NCBI RefSeq assembly: GCF_006345805.1
Contig: NC_043025.1
Coordinates: 9,796,001-9,860,000 of the forward strand
Direction: 5' to 3'
DNA length: 64,000 nt
Source of the DNA: Octopus sinensis
Lineage: Eukaryota
Positions 1-13,642 of this stretch are shown here, one piece after another. The notes beneath the pieces are model-generated. The model searched no databases. It worked only from the letters and a program-made list of their open reading frames with translations, and was not told the origin of the DNA. The translations under genes and the position numbers were made by a program. How positions within the stretch are numbered: the first letter of the stretch is position 1; every line of letters begins with the position of its first letter.

Positions 1-2137
1 GCTCCAGCATGGCCGCAGTCAAATGACTGAAACAAGTAAAAGAGACTATCGCGACTATTATGTTCCAAACCGCGAAATAGAAACAGTACTGTACTCTTTA
101 CTCTGTTACTTGTTTCAGTCATTTGAATGCGGCCATGCTGGAGCACCCGCCTTTAGTCGAGTAAACCGACCCAGGACTTATTCTTTGTAAACCTAGTATT
201 TATTCTATCGGTCTTTTTTGCCGAACCGCTAAGTTACGGGGACGTAAACACACCAGCATATACACACACATACATATACACAACGGGCTTCTTTCAGTTT
301 CCGTCTACCAAATCCACTCACAAGGCTTTGGTCGGCCCAAAGACTCAGTGAATGCCGCTCAGCGGGACTGAACATAAACCCGCATGGCTGGGATGCCAGC
401 TTCTTAACCACACAACCCTTATTACAAGACATGAGGCTCCCTTCCCGTTCATAAATTCAAATTTCCAAAGAGCTAAAAGCCACCTCTTTCTTCTCTAACA
501 AATTATTTACTAGTAAGAGTTGTCTCCCCCTAGCATCTTCCACCCAGTTTACGGTTGTTTATTCTACAATAAAAGAACAGCATTCTGCTAATCCATTCTT
601 CTTTCGTATGTACGTTCTTCTTTATAGCCAGCATTGTGGAAAAGTGTCTGTATACCAACTGGCCATATAGTCTAATAATGGGCATGCCTGCACTTTCGTA
701 CCCCACCGATTTCGTTTCATCATAGCAAAGATTTGGGTGTTTTTCAATGAAATTTCCTACAAATACATTTCAGATGGCGTAGATTTGGATTATTAAACTC
801 TTTACTCTTTTGCTTATTTCAGTCATGTGACTGTGGCCATGCTGGAGCACCGCCTTTTAGTCGAGAAAATCTACCCCCAGGACTTATTCTTTGTAAGCCT
901 AGTACTTATTCTATCGGTCTCTTTTGCCGAACCGCCTAACTAACGGGGACATAAACCCAGCATCGGTTGTCAAGCAATGTTGGGGGGGGGGACAAACATA
1001 CACATACTCTTTTACTTGTTTCAGTCATTTGACTGCGGCCATGCTGGAGCACCGCCTTTAGTCGAGCAATACTCTTTCACTTGTTTCAGTCATTTGACTG
1101 CGACCATGCTGGAGCACCGCCTTTAGTCGAGCAAATCGACCCCAAGACTTATTCTTTGTAAGCCTAGTACTTATTCTATCGGTCTTTTTTTGCCGAACCG
1201 CTAAGTTACGGGAACATAAACACACCAGCATCGGTTGTCAAGCGAATGTTCGGGGAGACAAACACAACAGACAAATATATACATATATATATATATGTAT
1301 ACATATATATACGACGGGTTTCTTTCAGTTTCCGTCTAACAAATCCACTCACAAGGCTTTGGTCGGCCCGAGGCTATAGTAGAAGACACTTGCCCCAAGA
1401 TGCCACACAGTGGGACTGAACCCGGAACCATGTGGTTGGTTAGCAAGCTACTTACCACACAGCCACTCCTGTGCCTATTTATATATATATATGATGGGCT
1501 TCTTTCAGTTTCCCCTCTACCAAATCCACTCACAAGGCTTTGGTCGGCCTGAGGCTATAGTAGAAGACACTTGCCCAAGGTGCCACGCAGTGGGACTGAA
1601 CCCGGAACCATGTGGTTGGTTAGCAAGCTACTTACCACACAGCCACTCCTACGCCTATGGGAATCATATTAAACACAAAAAAAGGCTGATTCTGACACAT
1701 ATAAAATACAAGAATAACGTCATGGTTTTTTAATAGGTACACGTTTATTAAAATTTTACAATTACTTCGAAGGTTTAGCCTGCAGCTAGCAAAATTTTTT
1801 TTCCCACGGGAGTTCCGTAACCCAGTAATTAACTCTTTTGCATACAGCCAATCAGAGCTCGCCTTGATCTTGCTGTCAACTTAAATACACTCGACGAAGA
1901 AAACTCAAGACGAACAACGATGTTCTAAGTCGACCGATCGCCAAGTTATGCCTGGAGTGGCTGTGTGGTAAGTAGCTTGCTTCCCAACCACATGGTTCTG
2001 GGTTCAGTCCCACTGCGTGGCACCTTGGGCAAGTGTCTTCTGCTATAGCCCCGGGCCGACCAATGCGTTGTGAGTGGATTTGGTAGACGGAAACTGAAAG
2101 AAGCCTGTCGTATATATGTATATGTATATGTATGTGT

Positions 2138-2222
<85 letters not shown>

Positions 2223-3735
2223 CGCAGGAGTGGCTGTGTGGTAAGTAGCTTGATCACCAACCACATGGTTCCGGGTTCAGTCCCACTGCGTGGCACCTTG
2301 GGCAAGCCTTGTGAGTGGATTTGGTAGACGGAAACTGAAAGAAGCCCGTCGCATATATGTATACATATATGTGTGTATGTTTGTGTGTCTGTGCTTGCCC
2401 CCCCCCCCAACATCGCTTGACAACCGATGGTGTGTTTATGTCCCCGTAACTTAGCGGTTCGGCAAAAGAGACTGATAGAATAAGTCCCGGGGTCGATTTG
2501 CTCGACTAAAGGCGGTGCTCCAGCATGGCCGCAGTCAAATGACTGTTGCATCTATACCTGTTATCGGATTTTGTTTGGGACCCATATGGTAAAGAAGTGG
2601 ATGGGACAAACGCGGATAGAGGGTGATGTGGTAGGAACATTCTCTCCTTAGTGTTTTAGAAAGTAAACAACAACACGAATAACTACGCAGAGGCAGCCAT
2701 GGTTGGAACAAAAATAAAGCATTCTTAAAAGAGAAAAAAATAATAAAATTTAATGTCCAGGTATGAACGGACAGGAAACAAAAAAAAAGTGCCCACCGCA
2801 GGAATGGCTGTGTGGTAAGTAGCTTGTTTACCAACCACATGGTTCCAGGTTCAGTTCCACTGCGTGGCATCTTGGGCAAGTGTCTTCTACTATAGCCTCG
2901 AGCCGACCAAAGCCTTGTGAGTGGATTTGGTAGACGGAAACTGAAAAGAAGCCCGTCGTATATATATATATATATATATATGCGCGTGTGTGTTTGTCCC
3001 CCTAGCATTGCTTGACAACCGATGTTGGTGTGTTTACGTCCCCGTTACTTAGCGGTTCGGCAAAATTGACCGATAGAATAAGTACTGGGCTTACAAAAGA
3101 ATAAGTCCCGGGGTTGATTTGCTCGACTAAAAGGCGGTGCTCCAGCATGGCCGCAGTCAAATGACTGAAACGAGTAAAAGAAAGAAAAAAGAACTGACTT
3201 AGGTAACAATAACGATGATCTAGCAGAAATTGGCTAAACGAAGAAGGATAAGATAACTCTGGGTACTACTAGCGAATAGTGGTCCCGGTGCGCGCACTCG
3301 CGTTAGCTAGTCGTGAATAGTCGATCCTTACTTTGTGTTTTATTTACATTACTCTTTTACTTGTTTCAGTCATTTGACTGTGGCCACGCTGGAGAACCGC
3401 CTTTTTAGTCGAGCAAATCGACCTCGGGACTTATTCTTTTTGTAAGCCCAGTACTTATTCTATCGGTCTCTTTTTGCCGAACCGCTAAGTAACGGGGACA
3501 TAAATACACCAGCATCGGTTGTCAAGCAATGCTAGGACAAACACAGACATACACGCGCACACACATATATATATATATACATATATACGACGGGCTTCTT
3601 TCAGTTTCCGTCTACCAAATCCACTCACAAGGCTTTGGTCGGCCCGGGGCTATAGTAGAAAACACTTGCCCAAGGTGCCACGCAGTGGGACTGAACCCAG
3701 AACCATGTGGTTGGTAAACAAGCTACTTACCATGC
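1..3735. mobile_element. Cluster of tRNA-derived SINE family A copies and fragments (both strands)
   Basis: Head GGAGTGGCTGTGTGGTAAG...GGTTCAGTCCC (A/B-box-like), internal (TA)n, tail ...GACTGAAACAAGTAAAAGAG. Resembles described octopus SINEs; name not verified. Confidence 0.8.
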
Positions 3736-6451
3736 CTTATTTACTTCATGTAAAAAAAATTATTTTGTGTTTTATTTTCTTTGCTAGGTAATAGTTGTAG
3801 GATCGACTAGTCACGACTAACTAGCGCGGATGCGAGTGGTCCCTTTGTTTCGTTCTCTTTCAGGTACTGACCTGAGAGGAGTTTGGCTGCTATTTCTACT
3901 AGTCTTTCAGAAAGGGTAGATTCCAATTTAATCAATACTGCTACCTTTTTTTCTTTCTCTCTCCGGTTAATAAGCTAACTTAAGACGAGATTCGGCTGTT
4001 ATTTCTGCAAGGTTTAAATACCATGTAGGGGAACCTATTTCTTTATTACCCACAAGAGGCCAAACAAGGACAGACATAGGTATTAAGTCGATTACATCGA
4101 CCCCAGTGCGTAACTGGTACTTAATTTATCGACCCCGAAAGGATGAAAGGCAAAGTCGACCTCGGCGGAATTTGAACTCAGAACGTAACGACAGACGAAA
4201 TACGGCTACGCATTTCGCCCAGCCTGCTAACAATTCTGCCAGCTCGCCGTGGGGAACCGTTGCATAGACGTAAGCTTCAGTTTGATAGAATTGTCGAAGT
4301 CACTGAAATCTAAATTATTTGACCAGCATTTATTTTAGCCTCCGAAGAATAAACGGACGGAAAGCAAAAACTACCCAGAACATGTCTTAGACAATGGCGG
4401 CATTTTGCCTAAACATCATCTGCGATAATATAGCAGAAATTATCCAACAAATCTTATGGTGATTTTGGTTTTTTTTTTTTTCAGATAGTAGAGTAAAAAT
4501 TATGAGTTGGATGCTATTTCTACAAGGAGTAGCGATCGGGTAGAGGTAACCTTGCATAGACATAAGACTAGAAGTTTAATCCGGGGGACATTGACTGGGT
4601 CCTTGGATCCATTTTACTGCCTACAAGGGGCTAAACATTAGAGGGAACAAACAAGGACAAAGGGATTAAGTCGATTACATCGACCCCAGTTGGAAACTGG
4701 TACTTTATTTATCGAGTACCAGTTTCCGTCTGGTGTCGATGTAATCGACTTAATTCCTTTGTCTGTCCTTGTTTGTCCCCCTCTATGTTTAGCCCCTTGT
4801 AGGCAGTAAAGAAATATATTTGACTAGTTTTGGAAACTGGTACTTTATTTATCGGGTACCAGATTCCGTCTGGGGTCGATGTAATCGACTTAATCCCTTT
4901 GTCTGTCCTTGTTTGTCCCCTCTAATGTTTAGCCCCTTGTAGGCAGTAAAGAAATATATTTGACTAGTTACGATTTTAGCATCCCGTGGACGAACGGGCG
5001 ACAGTGCCGACTTAAGGCAAAGGGACAACGAGCAACTGCCCAGGGACTTAGTTCTGTGACCTGTTGTCAATAAATAAATAAATAAATACAGCCGAGTGCA
5101 TTGTTTCACAGGAGGCCTGTAATGCTACTGACACGGTCCCGATAGATGGAACACAAAAACTACTAAGGGCACAACAACAGCAACCAATAATCTAGGCACA
5201 AATTATCCAACAAGTCCTTCTTTTGTTTTCCCAAATGAAGTGTGACTCAAGACATTTGGTTGCTATTTCTACCAGGTCTAACGATCTTGAAAGGCAACCC
5301 AACCTAACGTAAGCACACAGCTAGGGTCTTTGTGTCTATCTCATTGCCCGACCAATTTTTAATTTTAGTATCCCGGGGATGAATGGATAAGGAGACAAAA
5401 ACTAATAGCCCAGAGTAGGGGTCTAAACAACATAAGCAACGATAATAAATGCTGGTAAATCACAACAGAAATAGTTATAACCATATCAGAGTTTAGAGAC
5501 GATAAAAAAATACATGAACAATTCATATTATGAAAGACAGACATCGTCAACACAGATTTTTAAGATAAATGGCTTACATTATTTAGTCAGATACAAGAAT
5601 AGGATCCAAATGAAGTAATTAGACGACCGATAATTCGTTGAAAATCCGAAGAAACTTAAATGCTGGCTGCAACAAACTATATAAACCGCGCGAAAATTCA
5701 GACACCACGTGACCGAGGAAACCGCGCGAAAACTTGCACATCGGATGTCGTCACAGTCTCCCCCTTCCTTTGTCTCTCTCACACACTCTCGCCCTTTACC
5801 TCTTTTACTCACTCTCTTTATCTTTCAATCTTCTCTTTGTTTCCCCTTTGTTTACCTTCATTCTGTCTTCCCTCTTTCCTCTCACTTTCTCCTTCCTTCT
5901 TTCTTTCACACTTTTCTTCCATTCTCTCTCTCTCTCTCTCTCTCTCAACGTCTTAGTGTTCAGTTTATACAAAAAGAAGGAAGGAAATTAGGTAGGGAAA
6001 AAGGATAAAGGAAATAACGAAAAACGAAACGATATCAAAATATTTTTTCTATAAGTTATAAAGTAAGGGCATACATCCGCATATGTGCCCCACAACTTTG
6101 TTGCCTCATAACTTCCAGGAAAATGGATACTTTTGTATAAAATTTTCTACAAATATGCTTCAGATGGTGTAGATTCCATTCATATATGAATTTACTGTGG
6201 AAAAAAATTGGATCTTTTCAGTTTGAACGGCAGTTTTTTTAAATAATTTCCACGTAACTAAACACTTTTAAACTTCGTATTCTGGTAGAATGTGTTTATA
6301 AAACATCTTTTTCTCTTGGCTTTATTGAGAAAATTCTATAGTTTGTAAGATATTTGTTGTTTTTCTTCAATTTCTGCAATTACAACCAATCAATGACGTC
6401 TATTGAGGTAAAAAAAACAACAACATTCTGTGTCGTATGAATATGTCCCTT

Positions 6452-9037
6452 CTCCCCACCCATTCATGAGACAAAACTTCCTTCTCTCACCTTCCTCTTC
6501 AAATGATATTTGAAGAAGTTGCTGAGAGATTCACCAGAGAGGAAAGGGTGTGTCTCTAGACCTTTCAAACAGGTCCACCATACACATTTTTTTGCCATAG
6601 CCACAAGTATGATGAAAATGGCTCTTTCTTCCCATTTCAAGGAAGGAGGCGCGACAATATTCACAATAGACTAGGTTGATAAACTGACTTGTCCCACACG
6701 TGATAGCATTTGTTCGACATAGGCCCACAGGTTGGAAATGGTTGGACACTGTATGAGTGCATGCAGAACAGTTTTGTCGCCCTCACTGCATCTCGGGCAG
6801 GTTGGCCCTGCGTTTCTCAAGCCATGCCTGTGAAGCTAACCCCGAACAGGTAGCGCTTCTCGATAGCACTGCCAGGCCAGGGATCTCTGGAAGTTGTCCA
6901 TAGGTCCTGGCCCAAAAGTCGTCTTGAACAGGCAGGTCAGGTATTCCTCGTCGATGCCCAGATTCGCCCCCAAGATCGTTGTCGTACCTCCCTTCCACTA
7001 ACCCCCTATAGAAATGCTTTGCTTGTGTTGCAGTCACTCAAGGTTGACCCAGGACGGCACAGTTGCTCGAGAGTAACGCGACACTCGCGGTGCCATTTGC
7101 CCTTCCTCGGCTTCTTTTTGATCCACATGCAGTTCGGTCATGGAGATGAGGTGCTGGAATGCACGCGTCACAAACGGTGACCACACCTGTTCACCGTCAT
7201 CTACGTAGAGCCGGAGATGTCGCAGTCTCAGCATCGGCTGCGCATCTATTTCTTTACTACCCACAAGGGGCAAAACATGGACAGACAAACGGATTAAGTC
7301 GCTTACATCAACCCCAGTGCGTTATGCATTTCGCCCGGCGTGCTAAACGGTATTTCGTACGCCGCTGCGTTCTGAGTTCAAATTACTCCGAGGTCGACTT
7401 TGCCTTTCATCCTTTCGGGGGCGATAGATTAAGCACCAGTTACACACTGGGGTCGATGTAATCAACTTAATCCATTTGTCTGTCCTTGTTTGTCCTCTCT
7501 GTGTTTAGCCCCTTGTGGGTAGTAAAGAAATAGGTATTTCGTCTGCCGCTGCATTCTGAGTTCAAATTCCACCGAGGTTGACTTTGCCTTTCATCCTTTC
7601 GGGGGCGATAGATTAAGCACCAGTTACGCACTGGGGTTGATGTAATCGACTTAATCCGCTTGTCTGTCCTTGTTTGTCCCCTCTGTGGGTAGTAAAGAAA
7701 TAGATGCGCAGCCACGTGCTGACAACTTCCATCTGATGCGCTACATCATAGACAGAGTAGTTAAGGAACCTAGTATGGGTGGCACCCTGATCAATTTGGA
7801 TAAATTCAAAGCTTTCGATAGGGTTGACCATCGATACACGTGGCTGCACATCATCAACCACAGCATGCTCAGCCCTCCTTTCAGTGGGTGTTGTCAGCAA
7901 ACGGATCGCCTGACCATCAGAACACTTCCTTTCCACAAGAAGCAGAAGAGGATGCATTCCAGTTTGGTGATGGTAGGGTCGGGACAAGGCATGAGGGTCA
8001 GGTGGTAGTAGATGACTGTAACACAAGCAAAGCATTTCTATAGGGGATTAGTGGAGGGGAGGTACGACGACGATCTTGGGGGCGAATCTGGGCATCGACG
8101 AGGAATACCTGACCTGCCTGTTCAAGACGACTTTTGGGCCAGGACCTGTGGACAACTTCCAGAGATCCCTGGCCTGGCAGTTCTATTGAGAAGCGCTACC
8201 TGATTGGTTGAAATTGAAGAAAAAAAACAACCACCTCTGCCCAACCTTTTAGGGACAGCTTCTTCTCGGCCCATTGCCGGGCAAGAGTGGCCACCCTACT
8301 CATTATCTCATTCCAGTTGTTCTCTGTTTGGAGGTCCAGACCAAACCAAACCCTGAGCAACTTGACCAGACCGTCGGTCCAGCATCCATGATGGAGGCAT
8401 TGGTGGACGGCATGGGCTTGCTTCACCAGGTGCCAAGCCGCAAGCCCATTGACTTTTCCCGGTTGATTTTCACTCCTGTTACCACTTCATTGTTTTTCAT
8501 TGTCTCGCCGACCAGCTTGAGATGCTTCTGGCTAGACACTATGACGGTGATGTCATCAGTGTATGTGGACACGCTTGTCCCGCATCCCAAATCTTGCAAG
8601 ATGCCCCTCAGCGTTGCCAGCTTCTACAGTAGTGGCTCAAGAGTCAATACATACAGAAGAGACAAGAGGGGCTATCCCTGATGGACCAAACGTGTAATGT
8701 TGAAAGGTCTCGATAGATACCCATTCACACGAATTACTGAACAGATGCCTCTGTACAAGGCAACTATCCGGCCGCTATGAGGACAGCACCCAAGTATCGA
8801 TGGCCAACCCTATCAAAAGCTTTGAATTTATCCAAATTGATCAGGGCCCCACCCATGCCAGATTCCTTAACTATGCTGTCTATGATGTAGCGCATCAGAT
8901 GGAGGTTGTCATGGATGCTCCAGCTCAGTATGTCACACGTTTGTGCCTTATCAACTAGTTTCTTGATGACAAGTGCCAACCTCTTGGCTAGCACCATGGC
9001 CAAAATTTTCAAGTCTACATTGAGCAAAGTGATGGCC
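6452..9037 (-). mobile_element. Decayed and rearranged Tx1/L1-clade LINE ORF2 fragment
   Basis: RT motifs LNVDLKILA..., KAFDRV, HQG*PL and YTDD (8563-8552); C-terminal CPRC...HALIQCP zinc knuckle near 6750-6800; stops and frameshifts; interrupted by a SINE array and inverted patches. Confidence 0.85.
7245..7705 (+). mobile_element. SINE family B partial array inside the LINE
   Basis: Family B body repeated 2-3 times. Confidence 0.75.
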
Positions 9038-9355
9038 TAAAATCAAACCATGAAACCTTTCAGAATTTTTTTAAATTTTGCCCACAAAGGGGCGAAATTT
9101 TGTGTGGATGTTAATGAAGGTTTGGATTGGGTGTTGTTGTACACCTTTTAGATATAAAATGTTTGACAATAAACAATTTTAAACGTAGAAAACGACCAAC
9201 TTACTTGAAGCCCATTTGACTAGCGCCCATCCGTCCGTCCAGACAGGTAGATAGATAGATAGGTAGATAGGTAGATAGATAGGTAGGTAGATAGGTAGAT
9301 GGATAGATAGGTAGATAGATAGATAGGCATTTTTTTCTCCTTGTTTTTTCTGTGT

Positions 9356-9395
9356 ATCTTTCTGTTGAAGAGCGTAGGCTCGAAACGTAAAAGAT
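9356..9395 (+). ncRNA. Hammerhead-like motif, A6U core variant
   Basis: atcttt-CTGTTGA-a-gagc(gtag)gctc-GAA-ACGT-A-aaagat. Confidence 0.5.
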
Positions 9396-9731
9396 TTTTT
9401 CTATTCCTGAGCGCCATACTAATACATTTGTTTGTTTGTACTCCACCTGCCTTCGTCCTTTGCTTATTTTCGTAAACTTTCCCTTTAGATAGATAGATAG
9501 CTATATAGACAGATAGGTAGAAAGAGAGATAGGTAGGTAGGTAGGTAAATAAAATGAGAAATAAGGAGAAATATGCGATTATGTTCTAGTTCTTATGTGC
9601 CTTTCACCATTAGGGTTGTCTGGAACCAAGCAGTAGGGGTTCCAAGTGCATTTTGATGCTAGTCCACAACAGATCATCAGGGAACACTTGATTACATTAA
9701 ATTACAGATAACTCTTTCAAGATATATATAT

Positions 9732-9880
9732 AGGTGCTGGAGTGGCTGTGTGGTAAGTAGCTTGCTTACCAACCACATGGTTCCGGGTTCAGTCTTGGGC
9801 AAGTGTCTTCTGCTATAGCCTCGGGGCGACCAAAGCCTTGTGAGTGGATTTGGTAGACGGAAACTGAAAGAAGCCCGTCG

Positions 9881-9952
<72 letters not shown>

Positions 9953-10182
9953 GTGTGTGTGTGTGTGTATGTTTGTGTGTCTGTGTTTGTCCCCCTAGCA
10001 TTGCTTGACAACCGATGCTGGTGTGTTTATGTCCCCGTTACTTAGGGGTTTGGCAAAAGAGACTGACAGAATAAGTACTGGGCTTACAAAAGAATAAGTC
10101 CCGGGGTCGAGTTGCTCGATCAAAGGCGGTGCTCCAGCATGGCCGCAGTTAAATGACTGAAACAAGTAAAAGAGTAAAAGAA
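9732..10182 (+). mobile_element. SINE family A copy
   Basis: Same head, body and tail as the copies in 1-3735. Confidence 0.8.
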
Positions 10183-10916
10183 TAAATATGTATCTATTTC
10201 TTTACTACCCACAAGGGAATAAACACAGAGGGGACAAACAAACAGATTAAGTCGATTATATCGACCCCAGTGCGTAACTGGTACTTAATTTATCGATCCC
10301 AAAAAAATAAAAGGCAAAGTTGACCTCAGCGGAATTTGAACTCAGAACGTAATGATAGAAGAAATACCTATTTCTTTACTACCCACAAGGGGCTAAACAC
10401 AGAGGGGACAAACAAACAGATTAAGTCGATTACATCAACTCCAGTGCATAACTGGTACTTAATTTATCGACCCCGAAAGGATGAAAGGCAAAGTTGACGT
10501 CGGCGGAATTTGAACTCAGAACGTAATGGCAAACTAAATACCACTAAGCATTTCGCCTAGTGAGCTAACATTTCTGCCAGCTCACATATGTATCATGACA
10601 TGTTGTAAACAAGCATCACCATCATACAAGTGGTGTTTATTGCTTCCCATCTTCTGTGAAAATCATGTTTGGCCATGAAGAAATGTTACCTTATTTTGTC
10701 AAAATAAAGATACAAACACGACGGGCTTCTTCCAGATTTTGTCTACAAAATCCCCTCACAAGGTTTCTCTCAGCCCGTGGCTATAATTAGATGATACGCA
10801 CACCTAAAGAGCCACACAGTGAGGTTGAATCCAAACCCACTTGGTTGGGAAGCAAATTTCTTAAGTACACAGCCATGCCTATATCTTACCTATAAATATG
10901 TTTATAGCTAACAGTC

Positions 10917-11775
10917 TTTAACTATTAACATATTTCTGTTGAGATATGGAAGATTTTTAATTCCAAACTTATGAAAACAAGACATTTGTACTACAGAGCC
11001 AGAGGCGGTTTCAACTGGGCTGATATCAAAGGGTTAAAAATATCATGGTGACTTTAACCCTTTTGTTACCATATTTCTGTTGAGATGTTCTGTGTTTCTT
11101 TCAATTAATTTTAAATATAACAAAGAATTTAGTAAAATAACTTAGTTATCATTAAGCTAGTGTTAGGAACATAAATTGTGACTAAGGTTTGGTGGAAGAT
11201 TTTAATTCAGAACTTATGAAAACAAGACATTTGTACTACAGAGCCAGAGGCGGTTTCAACTGGGCTGGTATCAAAGGGTTAAAAATATCATGGTGACTTT
11301 AACCCTTTTGTTACCATATTTCTGTTGAGATGCTCTGTGTTTCTTTCAATTAATTTTAAATATAACAAAGAATTTAGTAAAATAACTTAGTTATCATTAA
11401 GCTAGTGTTAGGAACATAAATTGTGACTGAGGTTTGGTGGAAGATTTTTAATTCCAAACTTATGGAAACAAGACATTTGTACTCAGAGCCAGAGATGGTT
11501 TCAGCCAGGTTGGTATCAAAAGGGTTTAAAATATCATAGTGACTTGAACCCTTTCGTTACTGTATCTATTTTGAGATGCTCTGTGTTTCTTTCAATTAAT
11601 TTTAAATATAACGCAGAATTTAGTAAAATAACTTTGTTATCATTAAGCTAGTGTTAGGAACGTAAATTGTGACTAAGGTTTGGTGGAAGATTATAATTCA
11701 GAAAATTTGAAAACAAGACATTTGTATTACAGAGCCAGATCCAGCTTCAGCCAGGTTGGTATCAAAAGGGTTAAA
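10917..11775. repeat. Tandem array (about 3.5 x 245 bp) of piggyBac-type MITE
   Basis: TTAA|CCCTTT...AAAGGG|TTAA units (for example 11058-11278) separated by a constant short spacer. Confidence 0.75.
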
Positions 11776-12067
11776 AATATCATGGTGACTTTAATAATCT
11801 TCAACCACTTAGCATTCGGATTAGCCTGTCAAATATAATATTTATTTATTCACATGGTTTACAATTAATCATACCTTATCTTGTAGCCTCTACATTAATA
11901 TAATGCGATCGTTTCTTTTTAGGTTGACATTGTAGCATAGGTGTGAGAGGCCAGTTCTGTCTGGTTTGAACTGGATACAACTGGTTTAAATGCAAAAAAG
12001 TTAATAAGAAAATTACTGACCCTGGATATCAACGATATGGTTTCTACTCCGAAAGAATATCTTCAGT

Positions 12068-13642
12068 TCAGCTTCTTTCATCAGAGAGTGATTTACTAAA
12101 GACATCAGAGTTTTGTAGTTCTTCTTCTGAGTGAGTACTCTTGTGTTTTGTTAAATAAGTATTTCGAGAGAATGATTTACTGCAGATATCACAGCGATAG
12201 GGCTTCTCACCTGTATGGATACGATTGTGTTTAGTTAAGTGACTTCCTGAAGAGAAGGATTTACCACAGATTTCACAGTGAAAGGGCCTCTCTCCTGTAT
12301 GAGTGTACGTATGTGTGATTAAGTGACTTCTTTGAGAAAATGATTTATCACAGACTTCACAGTGATGCCGTTTCTCACCTGTATGAATACGTTTGTGAAT
12401 AGTCAGGTTACTGACTACGGAGAATGATTTACCACACACATCGCAGTGATACGGCTTCTCACCTGTATGAATACGTTTGTGCCCAGTCAAATTACTAATT
12501 ATAGAGAATGATTTACCACAGACATCACAGCAATAGGGCTTCTCACCTGTATGAATACGTTTATGTCCCGTTAAATTACTTATCACAGAAAATGCTTTGC
12601 CACAGATGTCACAGTGGTAGGGCTTCTCACCTGTATGAATTCGTATGTGCCTAGTTAGATAAAATGTTGCGGAAAATGATTTTCCGCAGACGTCGCAGAA
12701 ATATGGTTTCTCACCTTGGTTGACATAATCGGATGTAGTTACCTGACTTTTCGCAGAGAAAGATTCACCACCCTTATCACAGCCGTCTGGTTTGTTTGCA
12801 GTATGAATGAGTTTGTGCTTAGTCAAGCGATAATTCTGAGAGAATGATTTACCACAGGTGGCACACTCGTACGGTTTCTCACCTGTATGGGTGTGTTTAT
12901 GCGTCTTTAAGTGGCTTCCCTCAGAGAATGATTTACCACAGATATCACAGTGATATGGTTTCTCACCTGTATGGATTCGTTTGTGAATAGTCAGCTCTTC
13001 ATTTCGAGAGAATGATTTACCACAGATTACGCAGTGAAACGGTCTCTCACCTGTATGAATACGATTGTGCCTCGTTAAATCACCATTCGTTGAAAATGAT
13101 TTACCGCAGACACCACAGTAATATGGCTTCTCTCCTGTATGAACGCGTCTATGTCGAGTTAAATCGCCTTTTATCGAGAATGATTTACCACAGATATCAC
13201 AGACGTATGGCTTCTCACCTGTATGGATACGCTTGTGTCTAATCAAGTTCCCTCCTTCGGAGAATGTGGCGCCGCAGATAGGGCAGTGATATGGTTTCTC
13301 CCCTGTATGGATGCGTTTGTGCCTAGTTAAGTTAGGCCCCACAGAGAATGATTTACCACAGATATCACACTGATATGGTTTCTCGCCTGTATGAACATGT
13401 CTATGCCTGGTTAAGTGACTTCCTTTACAGAACGATTTCCCACAGATATCACAGTGATATGGCTTCTCTCCCGTATGAACACGCCGGTGGGCAGCGTAGT
13501 TGCCTTTGTGAGTAAAGCGCTTTTCACAAAACTCACAATAATATGATGGTTTCCCCATAGTTTTTGGGACTTCCTCAGGAATATCATTCCCTACAGGCTC
13601 TGTTTCGCATTTAACATTCTCCATACACAATTCGTTTTCCAT
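12068..13642 (-). CDS. Tandem C2H2 zinc-finger protein, about 524 aa, 16 intact fingers plus 1 degenerate finger, no recognisable KRAB/SCAN/BTB domain
   Basis: Repeated CxxC-x12-HxxxH units with TGEKP linkers at a 28-aa period. The track ORF opens at a GTG (13669); the first ATG (MENELC...) is at 13642. A candidate upstream acceptor (tttttctatcgtttcag on minus, AG at 13997-13996) suggests a spliced 5' UTR. Confidence 0.93.
   Translation of the reverse strand: MENELCMENVKCETEPVGNDIPEEVPKTMGKPSYYCEFCEKRFTHKGNYAAHRRVHTGEKPYHCDICGKSFCKGSHLTRHRHVHTGEKPYQCDICGKSFSVGPNLTRHKRIHTGEKPYHCPICGATFSEGGNLIRHKRIHTGEKPYVCDICGKSFSIKGDLTRHRRVHTGEKPYYCGVCGKSFSTNGDLTRHNRIHTGERPFHCVICGKSFSRNEELTIHKRIHTGEKPYHCDICGKSFSEGSHLKTHKHTHTGEKPYECATCGKSFSQNYRLTKHKLIHTANKPDGCDKGGESFSAKSQVTTSDYVNQGEKPYFCDVCGKSFSATFYLTRHIRIHTGEKPYHCDICGKAFSVISNLTGHKRIHTGEKPYCCDVCGKSFSIISNLTGHKRIHTGEKPYHCDVCGKSFSVVSNLTIHKRIHTGEKRHHCEVCDKSFSQRSHLITHTYTHTGERPFHCEICGKSFSSGSHLTKHNRIHTGEKPYRCDICSKSFSRNTYLTKHKSTHSEEELQNSDVFSKSLSDERS

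Noticed and set aside
229-3791. Many short ORFs with TTGFFQFPSTKSTH or DGLLSVSVYQIHSQG
   Set aside because: Recurring translations of SINE family A, not genes.
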